From a virus (Duplodnaviria > Heunggongvirae > Uroviricota > Caudoviricetes): a stretch of 17,570 nt of DNA. Below are positions 15,184 to 17,570 of the stretch, piece by piece. Made by a program: the position numbers and the translations under genes. Each line of letters starts with the position of its first letter. The stretch's first letter is position 1. The stretch lies in IMG/VR virus record IMGVR_UViG_3300003324_000363, positions 1 to 17,570 of that record; one strand, written 5' to 3'. The notes under the pieces are model-generated. The model was not told where the DNA came from. It saw only the letters and a program-made list of their open reading frames with translations, and ran no database searches.

Positions 15184-15375
15184 TTATGATCTTTTGTACT
15201 TTTGAGTATAGTTATTTCCAACAATTACAGCAACTATGTGTGCCCACAACTCATCTTCTGGATGGAGATGGTGATACCTTGAAATCATTATCGAAATGTC
15301 ATCACTCATAATAGGTTGACCATCGAGAGTAAACTTTTCCATATCAAGAATGTGTGTATTGCTCATATTAGCCAC
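15184..15375 (-). CDS. Hypothetical protein (start may be ATG 15366)
   Basis: ORF track 63 aa; abuts neighbours. Confidence 0.55.
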   Translation of the reverse strand: MANMSNTHILDMEKFTLDGQPIMSDDISIMISRYHHLHPEDELWAHIVAVIVGNNYTQKYKRS

Positions 15376-15529
15376 TTTTGACAGTTACCCAAACTTTAGA
15401 TGGCATCTTGTCATTATAGCCATCATAATCATCACACCAAATCTTTGTTATAGGTTCATCTATTTTCAATAGTTTGGCAATCTCTTCTATTGTTAATTCG
15501 TATGTTTGCTCTCCAGCTATTTTCTTCAT
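15368..15529 (-). CDS. Hypothetical protein (53 aa)
   Basis: Hand translation: MKKIAGEQTYELTIEEIAKLLKIDEPITKIWCDDYDGYNDKMPSKVWVTVKSG. Confidence 0.6.
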   Translation of the reverse strand: MKKIAGEQTYELTIEEIAKLLKIDEPITKIWCDDYDGYNDKMPSKVWVTVKSG

Positions 15530-15530
15530 G

Positions 15531-15713
15531 CTATAATACCACCTTGTACTTTAGCTTTCTTCCTCTACTTTCCATGCCTTTGCACTTATCAACATGTCTG
15601 TTAAATCTGCCAATGAATCTTATGAATCTTCGACATTTGGGACATTGATAATAAGCTCGTGGCTCATCTGCTCTTATGCTTGCAATTTCTTCCCAAGTTA
15701 TGCCGGGTGCCAA
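15531..15713 (-). CDS. C2HC-type zinc-finger small protein
   Basis: YYQCPKCRRF...FNRHVDKC. Confidence 0.65.
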   Translation of the reverse strand: MAPGITWEEIASIRADEPRAYYQCPKCRRFIRFIGRFNRHVDKCKGMESRGRKLKYKVVL

Positions 15714-15717
15714 TTTG

Positions 15718-16119
15718 TCAATATCCTAAAGTTGACAAGAATGTACCTATTTTTTCATAAGTCCAACAATGGGTGTCGTTCAAATGTGGTATTAGTTCTG
15801 CAAGTGACATTGATGTCCAACTGCTATGTTCGGGACAAGCATACCTTTGTCTGCCATTTACCCCATACTGCTTCAAAATTTTTGTCTGATAGTGTTCATA
15901 ATCAATATCTCCCAAAGCATCATCGTCCATGCCAAGATTTTTACCTAATAGCCCAATTGCACAATATGAATTTTTGTGGAACGGTTCAAAATCAATTAGA
16001 AACTGAAAACTTTGTTTCAACTTCATTGGGTTTGCTATCAATGCTTCACTTGCCTTCAGCTTTTCCTGTTCCTGTATTGGTTGTATGACTTTTATTTCCT
16101 CTTCATGGACTAACGCCAT
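15718..16119 (-). CDS. Hypothetical viral protein
   Basis: 133 aa; C-terminal IPHLNDTHCWTYEKIG; has its own TATA box. Confidence 0.65.
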   Translation of the reverse strand: MALVHEEEIKVIQPIQEQEKLKASEALIANPMKLKQSFQFLIDFEPFHKNSYCAIGLLGKNLGMDDDALGDIDYEHYQTKILKQYGVNGRQRYACPEHSSWTSMSLAELIPHLNDTHCWTYEKIGTFLSTLGY

Positions 16120-16142
16120 ACAAATACAAAACTGGGCTTTAG

Positions 16143-16158
16143 TATATAAATATATTTA
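16143..16158 (-). promoter_or_regulatory. TATA box plus palindrome, identical to the array promoter 16-mer
   Basis: + strand tatataaatatattta; ends 24 nt before ATG 16119. Confidence 0.65.
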
Positions 16159-16159
16159 A

Positions 16160-16405
16160 TTAAGTATGGATTTGGCAAATATCATTGCACAGGTGATATG
16201 TGCTTTTAGGTGCAAAACCATATAGTTTTGTAGCTGAAAAATATGATGGCTCTAGTGCTGTGAACTCGGCACAACGTACCAAATCAAAAGTCATCTGGTC
16301 TTGCCATCTTACTAGCTTGCAATATTCGTGATTTGCTTCCTCAAAATTCTTTATCCTCTCTTGCAATGTATTATGAGTTGCTGCACAATAAGCAAGTGCG
16401 TCCAT
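16160..16405 (-). CDS. Hypothetical protein
   Basis: 81 aa ORF, co-directional. Confidence 0.55.
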   Translation of the reverse strand: MDALAYCAATHNTLQERIKNFEEANHEYCKLVRWQDQMTFDLVRCAEFTALEPSYFSATKLYGFAPKSTYHLCNDICQIHT

Positions 16406-16444
16406 TAGTAAACTTTACTAAATATCATATATTTTAATATAGTT

Positions 16445-16505
16445 ATAAAAGTGAGCTAGGCACTATCCTTTGAGTCTCCAGCTCTTGGTATTCTGTGCCT
16501 AGCCC
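16445..16505 (-). terminator. GC-rich hairpin followed by a T tract (terminator or structured RNA end)
   Basis: GGGCTAGGCAC (16505-16495) pairs with GTGCCTAGCTC (16463-16453), 11 bp with one G-U; followed by ACTTTT. Confidence 0.5.
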
Positions 16506-16636
16506 AACCTTGCTTCCACTAATTCATGGAGAAATTAGATGAAAACAGGATTTCACTCTGATAACGGATGCCTTGTCGAAGTAAGTTCTGACGTGCAGGT
16601 AAGTCAGTCACGCCAAACTTGCTTTGGTAAAAATGA

Positions 16637-16810
16637 TTAATGAGAAGTTAACAATATTGCAATTGTTAATGCTGCCAATCCTATTGCAATGTTTTGTACA
16701 ACATTCCAAATGAATTCCCAATCATGCTTGTGTTTTTTGTGATGTTGTTTTGTAATATGAATAGTTGTTGAAGCTGAAGAATCGTGAACAAAAAAAGAAG
16801 GTATGGGCAT
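16637..16810 (-). CDS. 57-aa protein with His/Lys patch and C-terminal TM helix
   Basis: Hand translation: MPIPSFFVHDSSASTTIHITKQHHKKHKHDWEFIWNVVQNIAIGLAALTIAILLTSH. Confidence 0.7.
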   Translation of the reverse strand: MPIPSFFVHDSSASTTIHITKQHHKKHKHDWEFIWNVVQNIAIGLAALTIAILLTSH

Positions 16811-16815
16811 TTTCC

Positions 16816-17151
16816 TTATGCCTTTCTGTATGTATTTACGTCTAGCTTTGCATCTGTGCCTCTGTCTGCTTTTGTAAAGCCATCTAGCTGCACTGTCTGT
16901 GAAGCTACTGCACCTGCATCTATTGTTGAAACATCACTTTCCTTCACAACATTTCCGTTAACAACTACCTGATACATTACATCAGCTGGTGTTGCACGGT
17001 TGTTCTGCAAGTCAAATGTAATCTGGTATCCTGTTTCTGGTGCTAGGCTCTGTGGTGCTACCAAATTCAATGTGGCAACTACGTCTGCGTCATTTACATG
17101 TATTGCACTTGATGCTGTACTATCTAATACGAATCCATCTGGTATTGGCAT
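16816..17151 (-). CDS. Small Ig-like (CARDB-like) beta-sandwich protein
   Basis: ITFDLQNNRATPADVMYQVVVNGNVV...IDAGAVASQTVQL has a CARDB-type pattern. Confidence 0.55.
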   Translation of the reverse strand: MPIPDGFVLDSTASSAIHVNDADVVATLNLVAPQSLAPETGYQITFDLQNNRATPADVMYQVVVNGNVVKESDVSTIDAGAVASQTVQLDGFTKADRGTDAKLDVNTYRKA

Positions 17152-17189
17152 GGTACTCTAAACTTAGCTTTCATCACAAATATGAATTT

Positions 17190-17330
17190 TTAGATTTCTG
17201 GCTTTTGACATGAGCATGGAGTATGCTGGCAATAAACAACACTGCCATAATGAAGAAGCATAATATCCAAGTTTACCACATACTCAAACACTTGGTGGTT
17301 ACAGTTTTTGCAGGTTTTATATTTTGTCAA
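17190..17330 (-). CDS. Cys/His zinc-binding microprotein (46 aa; alternative ATG at 17339)
   Basis: Hand translation: MTKYKTCKNCNHQVFEYVVNLDIMLLHYGSVVYCQHTPCSCQKPEI. Confidence 0.6.
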   Translation of the reverse strand: MTKYKTCKNCNHQVFEYVVNLDIMLLHYGSVVYCQHTPCSCQKPEI

Positions 17331-17570
17331 AGAATACATTACCTGACTGGAAATAACTTACAGCCATTAAAAATGCATCACCCAAGTCAAACGTCAATTT
17401 CTTTTTATCAGGATGCCCTCTCTCATTTATTTCAACTGAACGTAATTGAGCAATCAAATCTTTGAAATCTGGATGAATTCTAACCATTCTCTCACGTACA
17501 CGTGTTGGTGCCAATCCACTCATGTCTGTTAGCATTTCCCTAAACATCACTGGTTCAACAGATATTGGTG
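17317..17570 (-). CDS. terL: Terminase large subunit, C-terminal RNase H-like nuclease end (partial)
   Basis: Frame is open to the window edge (PISVEPVMFRE...); KDLIAQLRSVE...KKLTFDLGDAFLMAVSYF matches the terminal acidic D-x-x-D-A motif of TerL nucleases; portal on the same strand. Confidence 0.7.
   Translation of the reverse strand, partial: PISVEPVMFREMLTDMSGLAPTRVRERMVRIHPDFKDLIAQLRSVEINERGHPDKKKLTFDLGDAFLMAVSYFQSGNVFFDKI

Noticed and set aside
16445-16636. tRNA gene in the non-coding interval
   Set aside because: No cloverleaf, T-loop consensus or 7-bp acceptor stem at tRNA spacing was found.
17110-17177. C/D box sRNA, from GTGATGA at 17177-17171 on the minus strand
   Set aside because: No downstream CTGA D box at a suitable distance before or within the next gene.
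6341-17465. Other plus-strand ORFs (6341, 9687, 12009, 12501, 14486, 15594, 16784, 17223) and the nested minus ORF at 7997-8212
   Set aside because: They overlap better-supported genes, including hand-found array members, on the opposite strand or in another frame.

Overview
AT-rich window that is almost entirely minus-strand coding and reads as part of an archaeal tailed virus or provirus (Caudoviricetes-like). Reading along the minus strand (right to left): the C-terminal nuclease end of a terminase large subunit (cut by the window edge), about 12 kb of small accessory ORFs, a portal protein, then virion and fibre-like genes that run off the left edge. An archaeal host is inferred from TATA boxes about 20-27 nt upstream of start codons, a TrmB-family regulator and many Cys-rich microproteins; a Nitrososphaeria-like host is a guess only. 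The main observation is a gap-free operon at 10098-13232 of 17 small paralogous genes (18 repeat units), of which I reconstructed 9 by hand because they fall below the 60-aa ORF cut-off. Fifteen units carry a C-x(1-4)-C...C-x2-C zinc-finger-like module. All 18, including three with unrelated Cys-poor N-termini, end in the same 9-residue amphipathic motif [IL]-x-x-[EDHN]-[IMLV]-x-[EDN]-[ML]-[LIV]. This looks like an expanded repertoire of variable heads on a constant docking helix. I do not recognise the family, and no database searches were run.
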